IMG/VR virus record: IMGVR_UViG_2778261168_000005 | Reading direction: 5' to 3' (one strand) | Source of the DNA: a virus | Lineage: Duplodnaviria > Heunggongvirae > Uroviricota > Caudoviricetes | Length of the DNA stretch: 40,133 nt | Notes under the pieces: generated by a model | The model's input: the letters and a program-made list of their open reading frames with translations, nothing else | The model's database searches: none | Told to the model about the DNA's origin: nothing | Shown: positions 8,771 to 16,929 of the stretch, piece after piece | Layout: each line of letters starts with the position of its first letter | Numbering within the stretch: position 1 is the stretch's first letter | Translations under genes and position numbers: made by a program

Positions 8771-9166
8771 ATGGCGAAACCTTTTACACCCGAACAGCGG
8801 GAAGAGCTGAAGGCACGAATTATCGGATTGGTACGCAAAAATGGACGCATGACGATGTCGCAACTGGAGAGAGCGACGGGAGCAGGCTGGCATTCGGTCC
8901 GACGCTGCCTTGTGGATGTACTGGCTTGTGGCGATTTATACATGTCCGGTAAATACGGTGTTTTTACGTCAGAGCAGACGTATCGCGAATGGCGTAAGAC
9001 GCCGGAGAAAACAACTGACCAGACGCTGATTCGAAAGTTACCAGACGGAGAGATACGCCGCTACGACAGGAGCCAGAACATAATCTGCCGCGAGTGCCGG
9101 AAGAGTGAGGTTATGCAGCGAGTGCTGGCGTTTTATCAGGGTAATTTTCAGGAGGTGATGGCGTGA
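8771..9166 (+). CDS. hypothetical protein
   Basis: 131-aa ORF, SD GGGAGGG upstream; first gene of the nin-like cluster. Confidence 0.5.
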   Translation: MAKPFTPEQREELKARIIGLVRKNGRMTMSQLERATGAGWHSVRRCLVDVLACGDLYMSGKYGVFTSEQTYREWRKTPEKTTDQTLIRKLPDGEIRRYDRSQNIICRECRKSEVMQRVLAFYQGNFQEVMA

Positions 9167-9462
9167 GGGTGAGGGTTTATATCGCTGGTCCGATGACCGG
9201 GTATAAAAATTTCAACCGTGAGGCGTTCCACAAGGCGGAAGAGGAACTGAAACGGGAAGGGCATACAGTCTTAAACCCGGCAGTACTTCCAGACGGGCTG
9301 ACACAGCCACACTACATGGATATTTGCATGGCAATGATTCGTTGTGTGGATGCGATTTACATGCTGAAAGGCTGGCAGCGGTCAGCAGGCGCTAAGGCAG
9401 AACTGGCGCTGGCGGAGAAACTGGGGCATGCAGTTATTTTCCAGGAGGCAAACAGTGAGTAA
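9163..9462 (+). CDS. DUF4406 / nucleoside 2-deoxyribosyltransferase-like protein
   Basis: 99 aa; N-terminal VYIAGPMTG motif typical of the family; start overlaps previous stop. Confidence 0.55.
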   Translation: MRVRVYIAGPMTGYKNFNREAFHKAEEELKREGHTVLNPAVLPDGLTQPHYMDICMAMIRCVDAIYMLKGWQRSAGAKAELALAEKLGHAVIFQEANSE

Positions 9463-9919
9463 CCAATGGCGACCAGATATTTGTCCTATAACCGGACGTG
9501 CATTTTTCATGTGGATTGAGCATCCGAAATTGGGCAATGTGCCGACGTATGGCGGCCCATTAGACAGTTACACCATTCCAACAAAGGACAGCGATGGTGA
9601 GTTTTCGTGTGAGCGTTACGATCATGATTTCGGTGGCTGGGTAGAAAGCGAATGTCTTGGGTTATATCTGATTGATGATAAAGAACAATGCAGAGTCTAC
9701 GAACTCGAGGAACGCATTAAAGAGCTGGAAGCGCGGGAAGTTCATTTGCCGACTCGCTACGGCCTTCGATATGGACATCCGATAAATGATGATGAGCGCC
9801 ACGTCATGATACCTAAAGAAAATGGCTGCTGGCTTTATCTGGCTGACTTAGAACATGAACTACGTGTTGCTGGCATTCATATCAAAGGAGAGGAGTATGG
9901 AAATAAAACCAGAAGATGA
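9455..9919 (+). CDS. hypothetical protein
   Basis: 154 aa from GTG 9455 with AGGAGG 6 nt upstream; overlaps previous stop. Confidence 0.5.
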   Translation: MSNQWRPDICPITGRAFFMWIEHPKLGNVPTYGGPLDSYTIPTKDSDGEFSCERYDHDFGGWVESECLGLYLIDDKEQCRVYELEERIKELEAREVHLPTRYGLRYGHPINDDERHVMIPKENGCWLYLADLEHELRVAGIHIKGEEYGNKTRR

Positions 9920-10253
9920 GTTAAGTAATATTGTTTTATTTCCGGCAAAAGAGGATGACCCACGTAATCAGGTTAATTTTCTTTATGAGCCATCGGAAAG
10001 ACCATATTGCCATCACGCCTCTGTCCGGGTTGACGAAAAAGAGCGTCAGGTCCGCTGTAAAATCTGCGGTGCAGTTGTGGAGCCGTTTGACTGGATGCTC
10101 TCTGTGGCGAAAAGAGAAACCAGACTGGCAGATGATGTAAGGCTATTGCGCCAGGAGGAACAGGAAAGACGGAAAAATATAGAAAAGTTAATTCAGATTG
10201 AGCGTAACGCGAAAGCGCGGATACGCAGGGCGACAAAATCCAGAACTGAATAA
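9897..10253 (+). CDS. hypothetical protein with Cys/His zinc-ribbon-like motif and charged C-terminus
   Basis: 118 aa from ATG 9897 (SD GGAGAGGAG); CHHASVRVDEKERQVRCKICG motif. Confidence 0.5.
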   Translation: MEIKPEDELSNIVLFPAKEDDPRNQVNFLYEPSERPYCHHASVRVDEKERQVRCKICGAVVEPFDWMLSVAKRETRLADDVRLLRQEEQERRKNIEKLIQIERNAKARIRRATKSRTE

Positions 10254-10303
10254 ATAAATTTAGCACTGTAAATAAAATCAAATCCTTAACTGGAGGTATA
10301 TCT

Positions 10304-10516
10304 ATGTTAAATACACAGAAAACCATTAATGCGGAAAAATATAACGAGTGGGTGAGGAAATTTTCTGAGCAGATTTTTAAAATTACTGGCGACGAGAATG
10401 CGGCAAAAAATGAATTAGAGCCGTGGACACCTGAAGGAGCCGACCCAAATTATTGCTGGTGGGATGTTGATCCAGTTGATGCTGCAAATGAAGCTATGAG
10501 TTATCACAACGATTAA
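10304..10516 (+). CDS. hypothetical protein
   Basis: 70-aa ORF, SD GGAGG 7 nt upstream; AT-rich. Confidence 0.5.
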   Translation: MLNTQKTINAEKYNEWVRKFSEQIFKITGDENAAKNELEPWTPEGADPNYCWWDVDPVDAANEAMSYHND

Positions 10517-10548
10517 TGTCAGGAGGCCGCCCGAAAGGGCGGTAAGAA

Positions 10549-10767
10549 ATGACTACATTATTCAGAAAAGAATATCCGCGAAAGAGTAGAACGACAGAAT
10601 TCCTGTTTCTCATTCTGTTTATCGTATTGATGATACCGATATCCCCGTTAATTCTGGTATGGGGAATAGGGAAAATAATTGAGCCAGTTATTGAATTGTA
10701 TAACGACGTGGTATGGGCGTCGTTCAACGCACTGCACAATAAAATTAATCCGTATAAGGAAAGCTGA
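10549..10767 (+). CDS. hypothetical small membrane protein
   Basis: 72-aa ORF with hydrophobic core (FLFLILFIVLMIPISPLILVWGIG); upstream hairpin GCCGCCC-GAAA-GGGCGG. Confidence 0.4.
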   Translation: MTTLFRKEYPRKSRTTEFLFLILFIVLMIPISPLILVWGIGKIIEPVIELYNDVVWASFNALHNKINPYKES

Positions 10768-10768
10768 T

Positions 10769-11134
10769 ATGGCACTGACGAAAAAACAACGTGCAGAACT
10801 GCGCATGAAGTTTGGTGGTCGCTGCGCTTATTGCGGCTGCGAACTTGGCGAAAAGTGGCATGCAGACCATGTAAAACCGGTCATTCGTTTTGATGGAAAT
10901 ATGCTTCACCAGGAGCGTGACGATATATCCAACATGGTTCCGGCATGCCACCCATGCAATCTGCACAAGCATTGCAGTAGCCTGGAAGATTATCGGCGAA
11001 TTATCAGTGATGGTCGTCGTGAATTCCTTGCATCCGGGAAAGGCAAAGCGCTGGTTCGCATGGGATTGGTTGAAATGAAATCTGACCCGGTTGTGTTCTG
11101 GTTTGAAAAATACCAAGAAGGGGCTACAGCATGA
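10769..11134 (+). CDS. HNH endonuclease
   Basis: 121 aa from ATG 10769 (SD AAGGA); CAYCGC...HADHVKP...ACHPCNLHK motif. Confidence 0.7.
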   Translation: MALTKKQRAELRMKFGGRCAYCGCELGEKWHADHVKPVIRFDGNMLHQERDDISNMVPACHPCNLHKHCSSLEDYRRIISDGRREFLASGKGKALVRMGLVEMKSDPVVFWFEKYQEGATA

Positions 11135-11988
11135 CCACTTTTACCGACAAAGAACTGATTAAAGAAATCAAAGAGCGCATAGGCGGCCTGGACGTTCGAG
11201 ACAATATTGAGCGCCGTGCTTATGAAATTGCATTGGCATCGCTGGAAGCAGAGCCAGTGGCGTGGAAGGTAACCTTCACGCAAATTGACCATGAATATAA
11301 TACGTTCACCGCTATGTATTCTGACAAAGCAGAAGCCGAACGGTGGGTGCGACTGCATAAAGTCGGTGATTTTCGGGCAGAAATAACACCGCTTTACGCA
11401 GCGCCGCCAGCGCTGGTAGTGCCTGATGAAATGGATTTGCTTACCTGCCATCTCGACGGTGTAACTGAAACATATGCTGATGGCTGGAACGCCTGCCGCG
11501 CCGCCATGCTTCAGAGTCAGGGGGAAGGCAACCCTCATGTAACCCCGGCTCGCCTGCCTGGTGGTTTTACCATTGAGGATGCGAAGGAGTTACATGAAGA
11601 CCTGGTTCGCAGCCACATAAGCCAGGCTTTAAGTGGCGAAAAGATGAAAAAGAAAGATCGCGATGCTGATTTGCGCTGGATTCATGGCGTTATAGTTCAG
11701 GCTGCGTGGTTTGTAAAAGCGTCACTGGAGCAGGCCGCGCTATCGGGCACTCCTCCGGTAACTCCGGATAGTTGGATAAGCTGTAGTGAGCGAATGCCGG
11801 AAAAGAACCAGAACGTGCTTATTTCGGTGAATTTCGACAGCTCTCTGGTTGAACCGCTAATATGCTCCGCACGCTATACCGGAAGCACATTCCGGCGAGG
11901 AGATGCAACGATTAAGCCGGGTAATGGTATTGAGCAGGCAACTCACTGGATGCCGCTACCGGAACCACCGCAGGAGGTGAATCAATGA
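11131..11988 (+). CDS. DUF551-domain phage protein
   Basis: 285-aa ORF; C-terminal WISCSERMPEKNQNVLI...THWMPLPEPP matches the DUF551 pattern as I recall it. Confidence 0.55.
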   Translation: MTTFTDKELIKEIKERIGGLDVRDNIERRAYEIALASLEAEPVAWKVTFTQIDHEYNTFTAMYSDKAEAERWVRLHKVGDFRAEITPLYAAPPALVVPDEMDLLTCHLDGVTETYADGWNACRAAMLQSQGEGNPHVTPARLPGGFTIEDAKELHEDLVRSHISQALSGEKMKKKDRDADLRWIHGVIVQAAWFVKASLEQAALSGTPPVTPDSWISCSERMPEKNQNVLISVNFDSSLVEPLICSARYTGSTFRRGDATIKPGNGIEQATHWMPLPEPPQEVNQ

Positions 11989-12068
11989 CCTGGCCTGAGG
12001 CATTCACCACGGCAGGAATTGCGATGGCGGTGGCGCTGGTGGTGTATTCGATTTGCCGCTGGGGTTGA
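11985..12068 (+). CDS. putative 27-aa hydrophobic micro-protein
   Basis: ATG overlaps DUF551 stop (ATGA); AGGAGG 7 nt upstream; MTWPEAFTTAGIAMAVALVVYSICRWG; followed by a terminator. Below ORF-track cutoff. Confidence 0.35.
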   Translation: MTWPEAFTTAGIAMAVALVVYSICRWG

Positions 12069-12155
12069 CGTAATTACTAATCCGGGGCTATATTTCCGGC
12101 GCGCCAGCAAAATCTGGCGTCGGGATTGGCGTCCCGGATGTTTACGGAGCGATAT

Positions 12156-12178
12156 GAGACGCGCCCGCGTCTTTTTTC
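12156..12178 (+). terminator. intrinsic terminator
   Basis: GAGACGCG-CCC-GCGTCT hairpin followed by TTTTTT. Confidence 0.5.
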
Positions 12179-12340
12179 ATATCGTTTGCACAGTCACATT
12201 CGCGATTTATGGCGGGCTGTGTGGGGGAGCCGAAAGGCTCGCCGGTTTCCGTACCCGGTTACGCCAACCCTGCACAGTTCGCCACCAGTTCGATTGGCGT
12301 CGTTGGTGGCGATAATTTCCAAATGTACGGAGTTATCGTT

Positions 12341-12886
12341 ATGACCACTCAAATCTCTGTTGAAACTCTCTCCCCGATCACCCATAACCAGGTCCCTGTT
12401 ATTACCACCGAACTTTTGGCGCAGCTTTATGGCACCGAAATTCTGAATATCCAGGTTAACTTCACCAGAAACAAAGAGCGTTTTGTCGAAGGAAAGCACT
12501 TTTTTAAAGCATCGGGTGAAGAATTAAAAAATTTGCGACTTACTTTAAGTAAGTCACAAAATCCCATCTCTCCCAAAACCCGCTCGCTTATACTCTGGAC
12601 AGAACGCGGAGCAGCCCGCCACGCCAAAATGCTGGAAACCGATCAGGCGTGGGAAGTGTTCGAAAAACTGGAAGACAGCTACTTCAATCAGTACGAGAAA
12701 GAGCGGGCTATGGGCAAAATAAATATCGATTTTCACCTGGCGATCCGTGACGATAAAACCGCTTTCATCCGAAGTTATGCGCCAGGTCAGCTGGTGACGG
12801 TTGAAGAAGCACTGACTTTGCTTAAATCGCGCGGATGGCTGGTAATGCCACGAGATGAACTTGCCGGAAAATTAATGGAGCTTTAA
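12341..12886 (+). CDS. phage antirepressor-like protein (ORF6N/KilA-N-type N-terminal domain)
   Basis: 181 aa from ATG 12341 (SD GGAG); N-terminus ...ELLAQLYGTEILNIQVNFTRNKERFVEGKHFF typical of ORF6N antirepressors; upstream part of the 225-aa ORF lacks a start signal. Confidence 0.65.
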   Translation: MTTQISVETLSPITHNQVPVITTELLAQLYGTEILNIQVNFTRNKERFVEGKHFFKASGEELKNLRLTLSKSQNPISPKTRSLILWTERGAARHAKMLETDQAWEVFEKLEDSYFNQYEKERAMGKINIDFHLAIRDDKTAFIRSYAPGQLVTVEEALTLLKSRGWLVMPRDELAGKLMEL

Positions 12887-12892
12887 CCGGTT

Positions 12893-12918
12893 GAGTTAAC
12901 CCCGATATGGGAATTCCC
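12893..12918. repeat. perfect 26-bp palindrome CCCGATATGGGAATTCCCATATCGGG
   Basis: Exact reverse-complement symmetry centred on GAATTC, 7 nt after the antirepressor stop; no T-run follows. Confidence 0.8.
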
Positions 12919-13101
12919 ATATCGGGTGAACATTGCCACCGGAGATAAAATAATTTGCGGTGAAAGGGAAGTTAAGTAGAATTGCTGCGGGTGCTTGAGG
13001 CTATCTGCCTCAGGCATGAACACCAAAAGGCAGATAGAGAAAAGCCCCAGTTAACATTACGCGTCCTGCAAGACGCTTAACATTAATCTGAGGCCATATC
13101 T

Positions 13102-13161
13102 ATGCGACACATAGAGATTAGCCTCTTACGGACCGAAAGGTCAAGGAGAAGCAGGCTATGA
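13102..13161 (+). CDS. short leader ORF translationally coupled to hok (mok-like)
   Basis: 19-codon ORF whose stop (TGA) overlaps the hok ATG (ATGA); known hok loci have an overlapping mok frame. Confidence 0.35.
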   Translation: MRHIEISLLRTERSRRSRL

Positions 13162-13313
13162 AGCAGCAAAAGGCGATGTTAATCGCCCTGATCGTCATCT
13201 GTTTAACCGTCATAGTGACGGCACTGGTAACGAGGAAAGACCTCTGCGAGGTACGAATCCGAACCGGCCAGACGGAGGTCGCTGTCTTCACAGCTTACGA
13301 ATCTGAGGAGTAA
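13158..13313 (+). CDS. hok: Hok/Gef-family type I toxin
   Basis: 51 aa MKQQKAMLIALIVICLTVIVTALVTRKDLCEVRIRTGQTEVAVFTAYESEE, near-identical in pattern to E. coli HokC/Gef as recalled; strong terminator downstream. Below ORF-track cutoff. Confidence 0.85.
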   Translation: MKQQKAMLIALIVICLTVIVTALVTRKDLCEVRIRTGQTEVAVFTAYESEE

Positions 13314-13382
13314 GAGACCTGGCGGGGGAGAAATCCCTCGCCACCTCTCATGTGTCAGGCATCCTCAAAGCACCCGCACTTA

Positions 13383-13409
13383 ACCCGCTTCGGCGGGTTT
13401 TGTTTTTCA
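13383..13409 (+). terminator. intrinsic terminator of the hok transcript
   Basis: CCCGC-TTCG-GCGGG hairpin followed by TTTTGTTTTT. Confidence 0.7.
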
Positions 13410-13488
13410 TGAATAAGGGATTAATAATTTTAACTGAAGTTATATTACCTTGTGGCCCGATAAGTTAATTAATTATCAATGCGCCTGT

Positions 13489-13623
13489 ATTGTTTGCATT
13501 GTTTGCATTGTTTGCATTGTTTGCATTGTTTGTATTGTTTGTATTGTTTGTATTGTTTGTATTGTTTGTATTGTTTGTATTGTTTGTATTGTTTGTATTG
13601 TTTTTATTATTTGCGTTGTTTGT
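13489..13623. repeat. tandem array of about 15 copies of a 9-bp unit (ATTGTTTGC x4, ATTGTTTGT x9, two degenerate)
   Basis: Direct reading of 13489-13623; the in-frame ORFs across it (CIVCIV... / CLHCLH...) are repeat artefacts without RBS. Confidence 0.9.
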
Positions 13624-13764
13624 GGTTTTATCTTTTTGAGTTTATTTTTTTTGCGTTGCTTAGAAATAAAGATTAATTAGAATCCTCCTGTTTTGAGTAG
13701 CGCGCAGGGACAAGAGGGATGGACCCCTTAAGGGGAGGTGTTTAAAGTTCACGGGATTTTGGTT

Positions 13765-13932
13765 ATGAACGATAAGGAATTAATTGCTGCGCTTTCTGTA
13801 CCTGGTAATTATGAAGTAATAGTTCTTGAGAATGGTGAATTTATCGTAATGCCATTGCCATCCGATGTTATTCTGATCACCAAAGAATCGCATGCGGATT
13901 CGGTCAGTCACTTCAGCATTAAGAAAGACTAG
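13765..13932 (+). CDS. hypothetical protein
   Basis: 55 aa from ATG 13765 (MNDKELIAAL...); GTG 13738 sits directly on the SD-like AAGGGGAGG; weak support. Confidence 0.35.
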   Translation: MNDKELIAALSVPGNYEVIVLENGEFIVMPLPSDVILITKESHADSVSHFSIKKD

Positions 13933-13998
13933 ATTATAATGCTGTAGTTAAAGCCAGCCTGAACAACTGGCGTCTGTCGCACCATTACGAGGATAGTA

Positions 13999-14277
13999 GT
14001 GGTGCATTACAAGAAAATTAACAATTCTGATAATTCAGCCGTCTTTGCCAGCAGGCACGGGCGGTGTTCTCACACATTCAAATATGACTGGTATCAGCAT
14101 GACCCCTGCACAGAAGAACAGGCCGAATGGCTGATTCAGAACTACCGCAGACGTGGGTATGAGTTTAGGAAAGCCCTCAGCCTCGATTATCGTCACTGGA
14201 TAATCTACGTCAGACTCCCTTATTCCGAACGCCCACCGCGTCCGTCCCGCACATTCCAGCAACGCATCTGGAGGTAA
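13999..14277 (+). CDS. hypothetical protein
   Basis: 92-aa ORF from GTG with GAGGA upstream; closely followed by the next gene. Confidence 0.45.
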   Translation: MVHYKKINNSDNSAVFASRHGRCSHTFKYDWYQHDPCTEEQAEWLIQNYRRRGYEFRKALSLDYRHWIIYVRLPYSERPPRPSRTFQQRIWR

Positions 14278-14278
14278 C

Positions 14279-15328
14279 GTGCGGGTATTGCTTCGACCTG
14301 TTCCGGTACCGGAACTTGGGCTGGTGGTGCTAAAGCCGGGCCGTGAATCCATGCAGGTATTTCATAACCCTCGAGTGCTGGTGGAGCCGGAACCGAAAAG
14401 CATGCGTGGTCTGCCGTCCGGAGTTGTTCCTGCCGTTCGCCAGCCGCTGGCGGAAGATAAATCATTACTGCCATTTTTCAGCGACGAACGGGTGATTCGT
14501 GCTGCCGGCGGCGCTGGTGCACTGTCTGACTGGCTCCTGCGTCATGTTAAATCCTGCCAGTGGCCTCATGGTGACTATCACCACAGCGAAACCGTCATAC
14601 ATCGTTACGGCACCGGCGCGATGGTGTTGTGCTGGCACTGCGACAACCAGCTGCGTGACCAGACCTCAGAATCACTTGAGCAACTTGCTCAACAAAACCT
14701 GACAGCATGGATGATTGACGTCATCCGTCACGCAATAAGCGGTGCGCAGGAGCGGGAATTATCGCTGGCTGAATTATCCTGGTGGGCTGTCTGCAATCAG
14801 GTGGCGGACGCACTACCGGAGGTAGTATTACGTCGTTCTCTGGGGTTACGTGCGGAAAAAATTCGCTCGGTGTACCGCGAAAGCGACATCATACCGGGAG
14901 AGCAGACAGCCACCAGCATACTGAAGCAGCGCACAAAAAATATTGTGCTATCGCCTCACGTCCACCAGCAACAGAACTCACCGCAGGAAAAGGCGGTGGT
15001 CAGCATTGCCGTTGATCCGGAGTCTCCGGAATCTTTCATGAAACGACCTAAACGTCGCCGTTGGGTTAACGAGAAATACACGCGCTGGGTGAAGACACAG
15101 CCGTGTGCGTGTTGTGGTAAGCCAGCCGACGATCCCCATCACCTGATTGGTCATGGTCAGGGCGGAATGGGGACAAAATCCCACGATATTTTCACGCTAC
15201 CGCTGTGCCGGGAGCATCACAACGAACTTCATGCGGATCCGCTGGCGTTCGAAGAAAAGCATGGTTCTCAGGTTGATTTAATTTTTCGTTTTCTTGATCA
15301 CGCCTTTGCAACCGGTGTGCTCGGGTAA
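14279..15328 (+). CDS. DUF968-like phage protein with C-terminal Cys/His (HNH-like) motif
   Basis: 349-aa ORF from GTG 14279 (SD GGAGG 5 nt upstream); C-terminus QPCACCGKPADDPHHLIGHGQGG...PLCREHHNELH. Confidence 0.55.
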   Translation: MRVLLRPVPVPELGLVVLKPGRESMQVFHNPRVLVEPEPKSMRGLPSGVVPAVRQPLAEDKSLLPFFSDERVIRAAGGAGALSDWLLRHVKSCQWPHGDYHHSETVIHRYGTGAMVLCWHCDNQLRDQTSESLEQLAQQNLTAWMIDVIRHAISGAQERELSLAELSWWAVCNQVADALPEVVLRRSLGLRAEKIRSVYRESDIIPGEQTATSILKQRTKNIVLSPHVHQQQNSPQEKAVVSIAVDPESPESFMKRPKRRRWVNEKYTRWVKTQPCACCGKPADDPHHLIGHGQGGMGTKSHDIFTLPLCREHHNELHADPLAFEEKHGSQVDLIFRFLDHAFATGVLG

Positions 15329-15340
15329 AAGAGGTTACTG

Positions 15341-15700
15341 ATGCGTATAGAGTTTGTTTTGCCTTACCCGCCGACGGTGAACACCTACTGGCGTCGTCGT
15401 GGCAGCACATATTTTGTATCAAAAGCCGGTGAGCGTTATCGCCGTGATGTGGCGCTTATTGTTCGCCAGCAGCGACTGAAATTAAACCTGTCCGGAAGGC
15501 TGGCGATAAAGATCATTGCAGAGCCGCCGAATAAGCGCCGTCGTGACCTGGACAATATTCTGAAAGCACCAATGGATGCACTGACACATGCGGGGTTGCT
15601 TATCGACGACGAGCAGTTTGATGAAATTAATATTGTGCGCGGTCAGGTCGTTCCTGGTGGTCGGTTGGGGATAAAAATCACAGGGCTGGAGTGCGCATGA
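15341..15700 (+). CDS. rusA: Holliday junction resolvase RusA
   Basis: 119 aa; matches RusA pattern (PPTVNTYWRRRG..., KRRRDLDNILKAPMDALTHAGLLIDDEQ, GGRLGIKITGLE). Confidence 0.85.
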   Translation: MRIEFVLPYPPTVNTYWRRRGSTYFVSKAGERYRRDVALIVRQQRLKLNLSGRLAIKIIAEPPNKRRRDLDNILKAPMDALTHAGLLIDDEQFDEINIVRGQVVPGGRLGIKITGLECA

Positions 15701-16386
15701 ATAACCAGTATTTACAGTTTGTTCGTGAGCAGCTCATTATCGCCACCGCCGATTTGAGTGGGGCAACAAAAGGTCAGCTTGAAGCCTGGCAGGAGAATGC
15801 CATGTTCGATACAGGGCGTTACAGGCGTAAAAAAATCCGGTACCGCGATGAAGTGACTGGAAAAATGATCACGCGGGATAATCCACCAATCCCGGGGAAA
15901 CAATCGCTGGCGAAGGGGACGTCAATTCCTCTGGTAAGTCAGGTTGAGTTTTCGACATCCTCATGGCGACGGGCTGTTCTGTCTCTTGAAGAACCTCATA
16001 AAACCTGGTTGTTGTGGTGTTACAGCGGAAATATTTGCTGGGAGTATCAGGTCACCATAACCCGCTGGGCATGGGAAGAGTTTAAGGCTCATTCTGGCAA
16101 CAGGAAAATTGCAGAGAAGACACGGGAACGCCTGAAAAAATTAATCTGGCTGGCGGCGCAGGCAGTAAAAGCAGAACTTTTTGGCGGGGAAGGTTATGAA
16201 TACCAGGATCTGGCATTACTGGCGGGAGTGACAACTAAAAACTGGTCCAAAACATTTACTGGTCACTGGGTTGCAATGAAACACATTTTCCACCAGCTGG
16301 ATAGTGAGGCTTTATTGTTGGTAATGAGGACGCGTTCGGAACAAAAGGCGGCATTTTCAAAGCAAAGTATTGCAAAAGTAGATTAA
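15697..16386 (+). CDS. putative late-gene antiterminator (Q-like)
   Basis: 229 aa from ATG 15697 overlapping rusA stop (ATGA), SD GGAG; sits between rusA and a strong promoter plus terminator. Assignment by synteny, not recognised sequence. Confidence 0.45.
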   Translation: MNNQYLQFVREQLIIATADLSGATKGQLEAWQENAMFDTGRYRRKKIRYRDEVTGKMITRDNPPIPGKQSLAKGTSIPLVSQVEFSTSSWRRAVLSLEEPHKTWLLWCYSGNICWEYQVTITRWAWEEFKAHSGNRKIAEKTRERLKKLIWLAAQAVKAELFGGEGYEYQDLALLAGVTTKNWSKTFTGHWVAMKHIFHQLDSEALLLVMRTRSEQKAAFSKQSIAKVD

Positions 16387-16398
16387 AAAGCATATATT
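16370..16398 (+). promoter_or_regulatory. strong sigma70-type promoter (TTGCAA-N17-TATATT), late-promoter candidate
   Basis: -35 TTGCAA 16370-16375, 17-nt spacer, -10 TATATT 16393-16398; overlaps the Q-like stop; terminator about 50 nt downstream. Confidence 0.5.
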
Positions 16399-16452
16399 TC
16401 ATGCAAATCTGATATTTTGCCGATTTTGTACGCGATGGCAAAGTAAGCAAAA

Positions 16453-16474
16453 CCCGCCGCCTGGCGGGTTTTTT
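16453..16474 (+). terminator. intrinsic terminator (late-terminator candidate)
   Basis: CCCGCC-GCCT-GGCGGG followed by TTTTTT. Confidence 0.7.
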
Positions 16475-16617
16475 GCGCCCAAAAAGCGGCACAGGACGTT
16501 AAACGCGCTGGTGGTTGCGGATACGAGGCTTTCAGCTTGCTGGCTTTTTCGACAAGAGTTATTGGTATGTCACGTTAACCAGAAAAGGGAAAACACACCA
16601 CTGGTTCGAGGCCATGT

Positions 16618-16929
16618 ATGTATCACAGAAGAGACTTACTTAGTGAATATAAAGAGCTGCGCCAGTATTTTTGTGTGCTAGTGTTATTACCGTACACTGA
16701 TATGTGGACGAATAAGCCAGATCAATTTTACCCGGGTAAGTATTCTTGTGAAAAAACATCCGTAATTTGTGCTGGTAGTCATTCAGTGGACCTGGTAGCG
16801 GATTTCTTCATTGGTTCAGGCTCAGTCATAAAAGCTGTTATGGCGTCAGGGAGTTGTGCGACGGGCGCTGAACAGAAAGCTGAGAGTTTTCAGAATATAA
16901 TGCAGTACATCAGTGATCATTTCGGGTAG
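16618..16929 (+). CDS. hypothetical protein (cargo gene)
   Basis: 103-aa ORF, SD GAGG 7 nt upstream; no recognisable family. Confidence 0.45.
   Translation: MYHRRDLLSEYKELRQYFCVLVLLPYTDMWTNKPDQFYPGKYSCEKTSVICAGSHSVDLVADFFIGSGSVIKAVMASGSCATGAEQKAESFQNIMQYISDHFG

Noticed and set aside
8197-8943. 248-aa minus-strand ORF
   Set aside because: Antisense to the P-like gene, which has recognisable similarity to lambda P; composition suggests a spurious GC-rich frame.
12019-12344. Overlapping ORFs upstream of the antirepressor, and the 225-aa extended antirepressor ORF
   Set aside because: Arg/Trp-rich translations spanning a terminator; the antirepressor has a proper SD at the internal ATG 12341.
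13489-13623. Possible CRISPR array
   Set aside because: Units are 9 bp and contiguous with no spacers; not CRISPR architecture.
13450-13680. ORFs reading through the 9-bp repeat (CIVCIV... and CLHCLH... translations)
   Set aside because: Low-complexity translation of a tandem repeat; TTG start without RBS. Treated as a DNA repeat, not a gene.
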